Positions 31,338-40,201 of a stretch of DNA of 46,580 bases are shown one piece after another. How positions within the stretch are numbered: the stretch's first letter is position 1; every line of letters begins with the position of its first letter. The notes below the pieces were generated by a model. That model was not told where the DNA came from. It saw nothing but the letters and a program-made list of their open reading frames with translations, and ran no database searches. Source of the stretch: a virus; IMG/VR virus record IMGVR_UViG_3300031413_000013, positions 1 to 46,580 of that record; one strand, written 5' to 3'. The translations under genes and the position numbers were made by a program.

Positions 31338-31715
31338 TTAGGCTGCGCGCCCGCGGCATAACCAGTGACTTCCCATCGGATCCTTGCTTACCGATTGCAC
31401 GCTGTAGGTTCCCGCGTTCGGGCCTGCCGTGACTTCTACGGTAGCGTCGGTGTCCAATTGCCCGTCTAGAGTCGAGCACAGCACCAGCAGCGCGACGTCA
31501 GTCCCAACATAGCCTACCTCCGCACGCATCGCCTGCGTTGCCGCGTCCACCTGCGCCATGCACTCGAGCTCGATCGGCAAGCCCGGCTCGCTGATGCTCC
31601 CGCCATCGTCATAGACCGGCGTGCCAGGCCAGTGCGCGATCGCGGCTTGGTAAGGCCCCAGCCCCACCTGCGAGAACGCCACAGCGATGTTGGCGAAGGC
31701 GTCAGCGATGCTCAC
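31338..31715 (-). CDS. Head-tail adaptor-like protein (125 aa).
   Basis: Position and size only. Confidence 0.45.
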   Translation of the reverse strand: MSIADAFANIAVAFSQVGLGPYQAAIAHWPGTPVYDDGGSISEPGLPIELECMAQVDAATQAMRAEVGYVGTDVALLVLCSTLDGQLDTDATVEVTAGPNAGTYSVQSVSKDPMGSHWLCRGRAA

Positions 31716-32110
31716 GACCAGCAGATCCCGCTTGGCTCGACATAACCGACCAACCTCGGCCCTCCCAAGTTGCGACGGAGCAGCACGGCAAATTCTTGGC
31801 CGTAGGAGGTCGACGAGTATCCGCCTGACGCCGACCGGTTAGCCGCGGCCTCTGACACGGCGACGTCCATGCTGGCACTGCGGAAGCGGGTCACGCCGGA
31901 CGGCAGTTGCTCCCCGGCATCGAGCGCAAGCCCGGCCACCTTCCCCGCCGCCATGTTGTGCGCAGCGAGCGAGAGCAGGCCGATGTCGTAGTCGTCACCC
32001 CAATCCGGCTTCACGATCCGCGTGGCGTCGACCAGCCAGTAGGCGATCACGTCGTCACCGACGTTGGCGAAGGCTGAATAGCGGAGCCGCAGCGATGAAG
32101 GGTCGGACAT
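31712..32110 (-). CDS. Head-tail connector protein (DUF4054-like).
   Basis: The internal ATG at 32108-32110 (MSDPSSLRLRYSAF...) was chosen. Assignment rests on position in the head-completion block. Confidence 0.5.
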   Translation of the reverse strand: MSDPSSLRLRYSAFANVGDDVIAYWLVDATRIVKPDWGDDYDIGLLSLAAHNMAAGKVAGLALDAGEQLPSGVTRFRSASMDVAVSEAAANRSASGGYSSTSYGQEFAVLLRRNLGGPRLVGYVEPSGICWS

Positions 32111-32207
32111 GGCTATGTCATTGACCTTCTCGTGGCAGATTATTGCCGCCGGTAGACACCGCACCAACGCGGGTTCATTTGGCAGCGAGTCCTGCTATGA
32201 TGGCGCT

Positions 32208-32540
32208 ATGCCTGATCCCGCCCCCATGGACCTCGAAAACATGCGGTCCCTTGGTATCCGGACCATAGATCTGATCTGTGGCTGTGGACGGCATAAGGAG
32301 GTCAACGTCGACCAGTTCGCCGGATCCGAGGCTGTGCCGTCGATGACCCGGTTCTTCCGGTGCGGGGAGTGCGGCGAGCGCCCGAAGACGGCGCGGCCTG
32401 GGCGGCTGCATCGGAGCCCGGCAGGATCAACGACGACGATCCGATCAATGAACCTGACCGAAGATCGCTACCTTCCGGGGACGAGGCGCTGCTCGACTAC
32501 TAGCGCCCCGCCATCATCTTCACGTAATCGGAAACCGTGA
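32208..32540 (+). CDS. Small Cys-rich (zinc-ribbon-like) protein on the opposite strand. The 3' extent is uncertain.
   Basis: MPDPAPMDLENMRSLGIRTIDLICGCGRHKEVNVDQFAGSEAVPSMTRFFRCGECGERPKTARP contains two Cys pairs. The low-complexity tail overlaps the GH5 3' end. Confidence 0.5.
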   Translation: MPDPAPMDLENMRSLGIRTIDLICGCGRHKEVNVDQFAGSEAVPSMTRFFRCGECGERPKTARPGRLHRSPAGSTTTIRSMNLTEDRYLPGTRRCSTTSAPPSSSRNRKP

Positions 32541-33771
32541 CCGAAGCGCGCGTGCCCTTCTTCGGCTCTAACTTGAAGATGTAAGACTCGGCCCACGCGC
32601 GACCGCCGCCCCAGACCGTGGTCCCGCGAATAACGTCACTATTCGCCTTGATGCTGGCCATAAAGTTCGGCCCGACGACGTTGCACGAGGTGAACAGGCC
32701 CCGGTTGTTGCCGAGGCCAAATTCGGTCACATACGCCTGCAGGCCGCGCTTGCGCAGACCGTCCGCGAAGACTCCTAAGCCGCCATCACCCGAGTTCGTG
32801 TTGCAGCCGGGTTTGAAGCCGCTGCCGCCCTTATCGAGGTAACGGTGACCGCTGAAATACGTTTTGTTCAGCGGGTCATTGATACCGCCCACCCGGTCCA
32901 ACGCGTCCCCCATGCCCTCGGCTGGGAACCGCGCACCCTTGAACTTCGTAAAACGAGAGGTGGAACTGTAACCGGGGCTGCCAAACAAGATCGGGTTCGT
33001 AACGCCATTGGCTCGGAACAGGACCACTGTATCGCGAGTGTCCTGCGCCGACACCATCCATGGATTGCTGCCGGCCGGATAGCCCTTCACCGGCTCGTTC
33101 GCCAATTCGATCAGCGTGTCGGCGCTGAAGGACGGCAGGATCGGGCGCCAGAACGCCCAGGCATCGGCTGCGGAGTGGCGGGTGTAGTCGTGTCGATCGA
33201 GGATGACCTTCGCACCCTTGCTTTGCGCGTAGGTTACGATCTCCGCCACTACAGCGAGCTTGGCCGGGTCCGTAAGGTGCGTGTCCAGCACCGGGATACG
33301 CAGCAGCCGATAGCCCGTAGCGATATACCAGTCGACGTCCTCACGGTTGGGGCAGAGTGCCACAGTGGTGGCGAACTCGCAGCCCGATAGGTTGGCGCCA
33401 AATAGCTGGTGCGTTGCGGCTGGCGCAGGTGATGGTGTGGCAGTCGAAGCGCAAGCTGGTGCGTCGACGGGGGCGTAGACGTAGCCCTTCCCTGCCACCT
33501 GCCCGACAAAACGGAGCTTTGTCGCGCCAACCGTCTCAAAGTCGTTTCCGGCCGAGGCGGAGCGGCTGCGATCGTTCCACGCAAGCCAGCCCTTCGCGCG
33601 CGAGCCGTCCTTCATCAGTTCACGGCCCATCGACTTCTTGAGCACCAGCGTGTCGCCCGCGCAGACGGTGTATTGGGCGGGCGGGTTAGCGCCCGTCACG
33701 ATATGTTCGGCCTGCGCGATCACCGGGGAGGCCATCATCATGCAGACTGCAGCGAAGATACTCCGGATCAT
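32500..33771 (-). CDS. Glycoside hydrolase family 5-like enzyme with an N-terminal Sec signal peptide.
   Basis: The signal peptide is MIRSIFAAVCMMMASPVIAQA. LIELANEPV is an acid/base NEP motif and AYVTEFG a nucleophile TEFG motif. Confidence 0.75.
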   Translation of the reverse strand: MIRSIFAAVCMMMASPVIAQAEHIVTGANPPAQYTVCAGDTLVLKKSMGRELMKDGSRAKGWLAWNDRSRSASAGNDFETVGATKLRFVGQVAGKGYVYAPVDAPACASTATPSPAPAATHQLFGANLSGCEFATTVALCPNREDVDWYIATGYRLLRIPVLDTHLTDPAKLAVVAEIVTYAQSKGAKVILDRHDYTRHSAADAWAFWRPILPSFSADTLIELANEPVKGYPAGSNPWMVSAQDTRDTVVLFRANGVTNPILFGSPGYSSTSRFTKFKGARFPAEGMGDALDRVGGINDPLNKTYFSGHRYLDKGGSGFKPGCNTNSGDGGLGVFADGLRKRGLQAYVTEFGLGNNRGLFTSCNVVGPNFMASIKANSDVIRGTTVWGGGRAWAESYIFKLEPKKGTRASVTVSDYVKMMAGR

Positions 33772-33794
33772 TCGTCTTTCCTTCGCTTGGAGTA

Positions 33795-36311
33795 TTACGC
33801 CGCTGCCATAAGTGGTGCAGCTTCAGCCGCCATCGCGACATGTCCGCCAGTCGACGGATGCGTTTCATCACTGGCAAATCCGTTTGCGGTCCCGTTGACC
33901 TTCCATTTGAAAGGGTCGGTGCCGCGAATACTATTGAACGGGATCACAAAATCGCGCGTGATCGTGATCCCGTTTACCGAGTCCACACCAGCGATGATGT
34001 TCTTGTTAACGATGTCTGGCTTGCCGCCAGAGACCCATCCCGTGTTGTAGGTCTGATTTTCCTCCGTAACCCATTGATCAGTTGATGCAGCTCGCGGCAG
34101 ATACAACGGCATACCAATTTTGCAGCCCGGCGATCGAGTGCGCATCTGCGCCATGATCCCGTTTAGTCTATTTTCTAGAGCAGCATAATCAAAGCTTGCC
34201 GACACCGCTTGACCAAAATCATTCGTCCCATAGAAAAGGATGAAGCGGCTTGCGAATTGATACCAATAGTCAACGTTAGGCGCATTGACCCCTGACGTGC
34301 TTTCGGTCGCTGTGACGGCCATGTTCATTGACGCAACACCATTCAGACGGCATGCGCGAATGAACCATCCAAGTTTGTTGCCGCCGTCGTTGACGTTCAT
34401 CGTAATGCTGTCGCCACGGCTAAGCCATGCGATCGCGGTTGCAGGATTGACCGGCTCAATTAGACAGATCGGCACCATTCCGCCTACGCGGACATCGCCT
34501 GCTGTCCCGGTCAAGGTATAAGCGCCGGTGCCAGTCGTGTTGCCGAGTGTCGTAACCGAAGGATCATAGAAAGTGGTCTGCTGACCAGCGTATTCAGTCC
34601 GCTGTCGCTCCGTCACCGGGATCGACTGCGCCGTCGTATCGAGTATCACATCAGTGCCTGTCTCGAATACGGTTCCGGCTGGGAACTCGGTCAGCCCGAA
34701 GTCAGACGGGACGAGCACTTGGCATCGGATATCGTTATCGCCCGGCTGTAGTGTCAAGCTGCCCGCATTCCCGGCAGACGGCCACGCGACCATTTTGACG
34801 ATACCGTTACAAACGATCTTTGCGGTACGGATTGGAACAGCGTTCGGAAGGGCCAGATAGCTACCGCCATTCGAAATGCGCCAGCCGTTCCACGAGAAAA
34901 CTACGCGCTTAGCTGCGTAAACAAGTGTATGCCGCCAATAGTCGACGCGACCGACCCGCCCACGGCTCTCGACGTTATTGATAACTCGGTTGTTATCGGT
35001 TCCGTAGGTGAACGCCGATGCCGTCGCCGCGGCAACGGTCAGAACACCGTTCGCCCCGGTCGCTCCGGTAGCTGCGACCGAGAAGTTGATCGTGCCTGCC
35101 GATAGCGCCGACATGCCGACGACGACCTTCCAGCCTGCCGACGCGCTGCCTGCGATCACCAGGCGGCCGTCGTTCGGTGTCACCGACGGCGACACGCCCG
35201 CTGGGACGTTCGAGATGTTCGATACCAAGGTGCCACCCGCCGCATTCGATGCGATCGAGGGCGATGTTGGTGAGAGGGCAAGCGTCGGCGTCACAGTTGC
35301 CGCCGATACGGTTACTGCAGGCGACGTCGACGTGATGACCGCGCCGTTCGTTCCGGTCGCGGTGTTCTCGAGCGTCAGCGAACCTGCGGCGTTCGGGGTG
35401 ACCGTGGTGCCGGTGCCGATCGCCGTGGTGCCCAACAGCCAGCGACGGCCGGTGATCGTCCCATTCGTCACCGTGCCGTCAGTCGCGGTGAAGGTGGTGC
35501 CGACCGGGGCGCTGGTCGGAGAGATCGAGGGCTGCGAAAGCGTAGGCGCAGGCACGGTAGCAGCGGCTACGGTGATGTTAGACCCGCTGGTCGTCTCGCC
35601 GCCTGGGCCCGTTGCGACCGTCTCGTAGCGATAACTGCCAGCCGCGGTAGGCGTATACGTTGCCGAGCTGGTCAGCAGCGTCGAACCGAGCAGCCAGCGG
35701 CGCGTGTAGCTCGCAGCATTGGTCGCAACGCCGTCGATCCCGGTCAGCAGTTCACCAACTTGGGGGGTGCCGTCGCTGGCAATCGACGAGGGGGTGGTAA
35801 AGACCGGCGCCGGGATGGGGACTGATGGGCCGTCATACAGAATAACCGTCTGCGTGATCTGGGGAGCCCCGCCGAGGGTCGCGTTCGCCTTGATCGAGAC
35901 GCGCACAGCCGTCAGCGCGATCGAGCCACCGGCAAGCGAGGGAACCACCGCGGACGAATTGATGACGCTCAGCGTGCCCGTGCTGATGATGCTACGGCCA
36001 TAGAACAGTCGCTGTGCCAGCTCGACGCGAAGGCCCGGCTTGCTCAGCATAGCCTCCGACCAGCGCCCGTCGAACGCCCAGCGAAAATACTCGCCGGTCG
36101 TGTCAGAAAGCCGCTCGCCCTCGTACTGCGAAGGGGCGCCAGCGTAATCGGTGACGAGTGCCCGCGTGCCTGCCGTGTAGAACGTCAGAACCATGGCCTG
36201 ATCATCGAGGTCAGTGGCACGGCCCGCGCTGTCGAGCAGCTGGACCTCGAGAACAAAGGGCTCACCAGCGGCCAAAGTGTAGCTAGCGAGGTCTTTTCCG
36301 ACCAACAACAT
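33795..36311 (-). CDS. Tail fibre protein with tandem Ig-like repeats and a C-terminal SGNH hydrolase domain (838 aa).
   Basis: Block I is WLSRGDSITMN, block III is ILFYGTNDFG and block V is SDETHPSTGGH. There are two repeats of about 80 aa (...TRRWLLGSTLL.../...GRRWLLGTTAI...). Confidence 0.8.
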   Translation of the reverse strand: MLLVGKDLASYTLAAGEPFVLEVQLLDSAGRATDLDDQAMVLTFYTAGTRALVTDYAGAPSQYEGERLSDTTGEYFRWAFDGRWSEAMLSKPGLRVELAQRLFYGRSIISTGTLSVINSSAVVPSLAGGSIALTAVRVSIKANATLGGAPQITQTVILYDGPSVPIPAPVFTTPSSIASDGTPQVGELLTGIDGVATNAASYTRRWLLGSTLLTSSATYTPTAAGSYRYETVATGPGGETTSGSNITVAAATVPAPTLSQPSISPTSAPVGTTFTATDGTVTNGTITGRRWLLGTTAIGTGTTVTPNAAGSLTLENTATGTNGAVITSTSPAVTVSAATVTPTLALSPTSPSIASNAAGGTLVSNISNVPAGVSPSVTPNDGRLVIAGSASAGWKVVVGMSALSAGTINFSVAATGATGANGVLTVAAATASAFTYGTDNNRVINNVESRGRVGRVDYWRHTLVYAAKRVVFSWNGWRISNGGSYLALPNAVPIRTAKIVCNGIVKMVAWPSAGNAGSLTLQPGDNDIRCQVLVPSDFGLTEFPAGTVFETGTDVILDTTAQSIPVTERQRTEYAGQQTTFYDPSVTTLGNTTGTGAYTLTGTAGDVRVGGMVPICLIEPVNPATAIAWLSRGDSITMNVNDGGNKLGWFIRACRLNGVASMNMAVTATESTSGVNAPNVDYWYQFASRFILFYGTNDFGQAVSASFDYAALENRLNGIMAQMRTRSPGCKIGMPLYLPRAASTDQWVTEENQTYNTGWVSGGKPDIVNKNIIAGVDSVNGITITRDFVIPFNSIRGTDPFKWKVNGTANGFASDETHPSTGGHVAMAAEAAPLMAAA

Positions 36312-36379
36312 ATTGACCTGGCCCTATTTAATTCGGTTCACGTCGTATTGGCGCGGTGGGCTGGTAAAGCTTGCCGCCG

Positions 36380-36988
36380 TCAGGTGGCGGGAACGTCTGA
36401 TCGGGCCACGGCGATGACCGAGACTGTCGCGCCCGCTGCCGATCCGCCGAAGATGTTGTAATTGGTCAGGGCCGTCAGCGCCGTGTTTACGCCTGACACG
36501 ACGCCAGAGAGCAGCGTTAGCAACGTAGAGAGTGGCGCAAGGGCTGGCAGGAGCTGCGCGCGCGATCCTTGGACCACGACGCCGGTATAGAGACCGTTCG
36601 CGTCCTGGACCCATCCCAGGCCCCGCAGGACCAGCGGCTGGCTACCGATCACCGCGTCGGTCTCGCTCAAGTTGAGACCGGGCTTGTTCACGAAGGTCCG
36701 CGAGAACGACACCGTGGCCTGGCCATTGCTGGCGAGCGTGGCGTAAGTCGTGCTGGTCTGCCTGGGATGCTGGTGATCTTCGCGCGCGTACCGAGCCGCG
36801 ACAGCACCGGTGTAGCCGCCCGTCATCTCCGACCGCGGCGTTGTGGTTGCCGGCTGGGGAATGGCCGCTAAATCCGCCTTGCTCGCGATCTGTAAGCTCA
36901 GCGAGGCGATCTGAGCGTCGCTCGGGTTCTCAAACAAGTGCCCTGCGCTGTCATGATAGACAGCAACACCACCAGCAGTCAGGCCCAT
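36380..36988 (-). CDS. Tail fibre-like / virion protein (202 aa).
   Basis: ...ARYAREDHQHP... resembles the conserved (A)R.DH.H motif seen in many phage fibre proteins. Confidence 0.5.
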   Translation of the reverse strand: MGLTAGGVAVYHDSAGHLFENPSDAQIASLSLQIASKADLAAIPQPATTTPRSEMTGGYTGAVAARYAREDHQHPRQTSTTYATLASNGQATVSFSRTFVNKPGLNLSETDAVIGSQPLVLRGLGWVQDANGLYTGVVVQGSRAQLLPALAPLSTLLTLLSGVVSGVNTALTALTNYNIFGGSAAGATVSVIAVARSDVPAT

Positions 36989-37008
36989 TGCTCGCCTCCT
37001 AACGCAAA

Positions 37009-37039
37009 GGGCCGCCGCACCGAATTGGTGAAGCGGCCC
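37009..37039 (-). terminator. Rho-independent terminator-like hairpin downstream of the capsid block.
   Basis: GGGCCGC (37009-37015) pairs with GCGGCCC (37033-37039). On the minus strand the hairpin is followed by TTTGCGTT. Confidence 0.5.
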
Positions 37040-37061
37040 TCATTTTAAACTACAGCTCGTG

Positions 37062-37382
37062 TCAGGCTTCGCGGTGAAGCTCGATCGCCGAGCGGATATC
37101 GTCGTTGGTCGCGTTATCCTCGACCTCGACGCCCTCATCCTTGGCGATCTTGAGCAGGTCAGCCTTGCTCTTGCCCGAGAGGGCCGGCAGGTCGGACTTG
37201 CCGCCCTCACTGCCGCCCTTGATCTCGAACTCGCCAAAGCGTTTCATGCTCTCGAGTTCGTCCGCGCTGATCAGAAGATCCTGGAAGGACTGGCCAGCCG
37301 GGATCGAGACGGGCGGGATGCTGTTAAACATCCGTGGCCCGTCAGCGAGGTTGGTCGCATCGACCGTGTGCATGGCAGCCAT
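37062..37382 (-). CDS. Hypothetical head-associated protein with a HeH/SAP-like C-terminal motif.
   Basis: ...LSGKSKADLLKIAKDEGVEVEDNATNDDIRSAIE... It lies directly downstream of the major capsid gene. Confidence 0.55.
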   Translation of the reverse strand: MAAMHTVDATNLADGPRMFNSIPPVSIPAGQSFQDLLISADELESMKRFGEFEIKGGSEGGKSDLPALSGKSKADLLKIAKDEGVEVEDNATNDDIRSAIELHREA

Positions 37383-37384
37383 GA

Positions 37385-38353
37385 TCAGAAGCCGTACAGA
37401 TAACGGAAGGCGCCGGGGCGAAGCGTCTCGACACCACCGGTACGGAATGCGCCGGGGATTTCGAAGTTGAACGGGCCGTCCTGATAGACCGGGAAGAAGC
37501 GATGCGGCATCGGCAGATGCAGCTTCACGACGTCCTGACGGTTGGCATAGACCACCATCAGCTTCGTGCCGCCTGCGCCGAGAGCGTCGAGCCCCAGAAC
37601 GCCACGGATCGTCAGCTGCTGGCCGGTCATCATCGTGTAGATGTTGGTCCGCAGGATGAACGACAGGATGGTCTCGCTGTTCGTCGCCGTCATCGGCGTC
37701 GAGGCGAGCTGAGCGATCGTGGTGTACGGCAGCAGGATCGTGTCAGCCATCTCGACCGTGTTCGAGCCCGTGAACGCGCCCGTCAGGCCACCGTTGATGT
37801 CGGCGATGATCTGCGCCGCGGTCTTGGTCTGCGTGCCATCGGCTGCAAACCAGAGCGTGTTCGGGGTGCCGGTGCCGTTGGCTGCGACCGGGCCAGCGGT
37901 GACGCCGGTCTGGTTGCCGAGACCCTGGAGGCCCTTCGACGTGTCACCAGCGATCGTGATGTTCCACATGAACTCGGTGTACGCACGGCGAGCCGCGAGA
38001 GCCTTGCCCCCCGTCAGGTCCATGCCCATCAGCTGCGCCTGGCCGACTTCCTCGGTGTCATAACCATAGCCGACTGCGGCCATGTGCACCTTGATCTCGG
38101 ACTTGTCGCGGGTCAGGTCAGCCTTAGCCACGTCCTTCGCGCCGGCGGTGTACCATGCTGCCTTGCCGACCGACGAGGACATGAAGGTCACGATGCCCGG
38201 CGTGTATTCTGGCGCCGAGCTGTCGACATAGACGAGCCGGCCAAAGTCGAGATCCGGGAACTTGTTCTCGTAGACCTGCGCGTTGATGTTGTAGGACTGG
38301 TTGACGACGAAGCCGAAAGCGGCCTGCTGTGCGTCGTTCATCTGCATATACAT
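37385..38353 (-). CDS. Major capsid protein (DUF2184-like, HK97 fold).
   Basis: 322 aa, following the scaffold/protease-like and decoration-like genes. Sequence features are typical of this capsid family. Confidence 0.75.
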   Translation of the reverse strand: MYMQMNDAQQAAFGFVVNQSYNINAQVYENKFPDLDFGRLVYVDSSAPEYTPGIVTFMSSSVGKAAWYTAGAKDVAKADLTRDKSEIKVHMAAVGYGYDTEEVGQAQLMGMDLTGGKALAARRAYTEFMWNITIAGDTSKGLQGLGNQTGVTAGPVAANGTGTPNTLWFAADGTQTKTAAQIIADINGGLTGAFTGSNTVEMADTILLPYTTIAQLASTPMTATNSETILSFILRTNIYTMMTGQQLTIRGVLGLDALGAGGTKLMVVYANRQDVVKLHLPMPHRFFPVYQDGPFNFEIPGAFRTGGVETLRPGAFRYLYGF

Positions 38354-38367
38354 AGTAATCGGCCCCC

Positions 38368-38817
38368 TTACGACGGAATGCGGCGCAGGCGCACCGAGAA
38401 GAACGAACCAGCACCGGTTGCGGCCGTGTCAGCCTCTGCACCGGGAACGGCGTAGATCGCGCCCGCAACCGCAGCCGTGGTCCAGCGACCAGTCGTGCTG
38501 TTCCAGTTGACGGCAGCGCCCTCAGCGATGGCAGCGTCAGCGAGAGCGCCCCACTTACCTTCGTTGGCGACCGGCACGTTGTCATACTGCGCGAAGCCGT
38601 CGCCGGTCGCGCCAGTGATGCGCCGCGTGGTCGCAATGCCGATATATTCGCCCGAGGTCAGGGGCGCGCAGCCCCCGCCCGCAACGCGCTGAACCGGAGC
38701 GCCGAACGCGATAGCCGCGGTCGCCGTCTTGGTCGTTGCGTCCCATTCGGACATGTCCATATGCATGCCGGGGAATCCGGCCGGCTGGAACTGCGGATAC
38801 GTGGTCTGGAGTGGCAT
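38368..38817 (-). CDS. Head decoration / structural protein (DUF2190-like).
   Basis: Position between the scaffold-like and capsid genes; Gly/Ala-rich beta-type sequence. Confidence 0.5.
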   Translation of the reverse strand: MPLQTTYPQFQPAGFPGMHMDMSEWDATTKTATAAIAFGAPVQRVAGGGCAPLTSGEYIGIATTRRITGATGDGFAQYDNVPVANEGKWGALADAAIAEGAAVNWNSTTGRWTTAAVAGAIYAVPGAEADTAATGAGSFFSVRLRRIPS

Positions 38818-38831
38818 CAGTCAGTCCTCCT

Positions 38832-39959
38832 TCAAGCGGCCTTGCCGGCAGTGCGCCAGGCGTTGTGATCGTTCGCGTCCTTGAGGGCGGTCGCCTCGCG
38901 CGTGACGGCATCGCCCAGGACGACCGGTGCGCCGATCGGAACGACGGTGTTGCGCGCGTCGCCGACCTTGACGTCGTTCGTGAACGCGACGAATGCGCCC
39001 TCGATTGCCGCGTCAGCCATGTCCTTGGCTGCGTCGCCGAGCTTAGCCATCACAGCCTCCTTGCGGATCTCGACGTCGGTCTTGCCGTCCACGACGATCG
39101 CCGGGTGCAGAGCCTTGGCCTTGCCGATGACGAGCGCACGGGCGTCGGCAAGCTGCTGGAGCTTGGCCGGGGTCACTTCGGCATCCTTGACCTGCTGGGT
39201 CAGGGCAACGATCGCGCCGTCGCGTGCTTCGATGGTCGTCTTGGCGGTCGCGAGATCGGCGGTGAGCGTGCCCACCTTCGTCTGTGCGTCCGTCAGGGTC
39301 GTGTTCAGGGCGCCGACCGCGAGAGCAACAGCAGCGCCGTCGCTCAGGTCAACGTCCTTGGCGTCGCCGATGGTGATCTTCATGCTTTTAGGCTCCTGGT
39401 GGTCACGAAGGTGTGCGGGGCGCTCGTCAACGATGCGCAGCTCGGCGCCTCCACGGGCAGTGCCGCAAAGCGCGAGATGGTTGATCCGGATGTTCGCCAT
39501 GCTGCCGTCGTATTCGGCGTCGCCGAACTTGCCGGGGGTCATGTCGATATCCGCGGAATAGCCGAGGCTGAACTCTTGATGCGTGCGCTGGGCGGCTTCG
39601 ACACCGCGAGCGTCCATGACCATCACGGGGATACGGAGGAAATCGCCGTCCCGCATGATCTCGCCGCCCGTGTCGCCTACCGCAAGCTGCTTCCAGTTTG
39701 CGGCGGTGACATCCTGTGCGGGATGGTTGATCGTGATCGGGCGATGCGCGGCGCTGGCGATTGCGTCCTTGGCGAACACTGCGGCCTCGGGCCGGAAGAT
39801 CCGGTAAGGCTGGCCATCGGCCTTCGGTGCCATGCCAATCTCGGCCGGCATGTAGTCCTGGACGTTGTTCGCACGTGCGACACGCGCCGTAGCGACAAGG
39901 TGCCCTTCCCGCGTGATGCGGGCGGGTCCGTCGATGAGGGCGCGGTCTTGGAACAGCAT
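38832..39959 (-). CDS. Prohead scaffold/protease-like protein (DUF2213-like).
   Basis: The N-terminal domain MLFQDRALIDGPARITREGHLVATARVARANNVQDY is followed by an Ala-rich coiled-coil C-terminal half typical of scaffolds. Confidence 0.6.
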   Translation of the reverse strand: MLFQDRALIDGPARITREGHLVATARVARANNVQDYMPAEIGMAPKADGQPYRIFRPEAAVFAKDAIASAAHRPITINHPAQDVTAANWKQLAVGDTGGEIMRDGDFLRIPVMVMDARGVEAAQRTHQEFSLGYSADIDMTPGKFGDAEYDGSMANIRINHLALCGTARGGAELRIVDERPAHLRDHQEPKSMKITIGDAKDVDLSDGAAVALAVGALNTTLTDAQTKVGTLTADLATAKTTIEARDGAIVALTQQVKDAEVTPAKLQQLADARALVIGKAKALHPAIVVDGKTDVEIRKEAVMAKLGDAAKDMADAAIEGAFVAFTNDVKVGDARNTVVPIGAPVVLGDAVTREATALKDANDHNAWRTAGKAA

Positions 39960-40030
39960 GACATGCGGATTACGGGGGCTGGACTAGGACAGTTACCGCC
40001 GTCAAGGTGGCGGTATAAAAGAGACACAAC

Positions 40031-40201
40031 ATGTCCATAAAAGCCGGTGACGTAGTAGTTCTTAAATCGGGCAGCCGCCCCATGACCGTTATGTGGGTAA
40101 ATCGTGACGGCACTACCGGCGTGGTATGGGAAGACAAAGACGGCGCGCATCACACCGCCAACTATAATGAGGCCTCACTGATGACCGAGGCTACCGGCTA
40201 A
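40031..40201 (+). CDS. DUF2158 (YodC-like) small protein on the opposite strand (56 aa; below the ORF-track cutoff).
   Basis: Manual translation gives MSIKAGDVVVLKSGSRPMTVMWVNRDGTTGVVWEDKDGAHHTANYNEASLMTEATG*. It carries the GDVV.LKSG.P.MTV signature and sits in a locally lower-GC segment. Confidence 0.6.
   Translation: MSIKAGDVVVLKSGSRPMTVMWVNRDGTTGVVWEDKDGAHHTANYNEASLMTEATG

Noticed and set aside
37502-40040. Long plus-strand ORFs antisense to the capsid and scaffold genes (317 aa and 434 aa). Similar antisense ORFs occur elsewhere, for example 465-1142, 7685-8407, 9441-10157, 22812-23573, 25466-26122 and 28843-29787.
   Set aside because: These are typical shadow ORFs of a roughly 63% GC genome, rich in Arg, Ala, Gly and Pro. 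They lie opposite genes with recognisable motifs and lack translational coupling or ribosome-binding sites.
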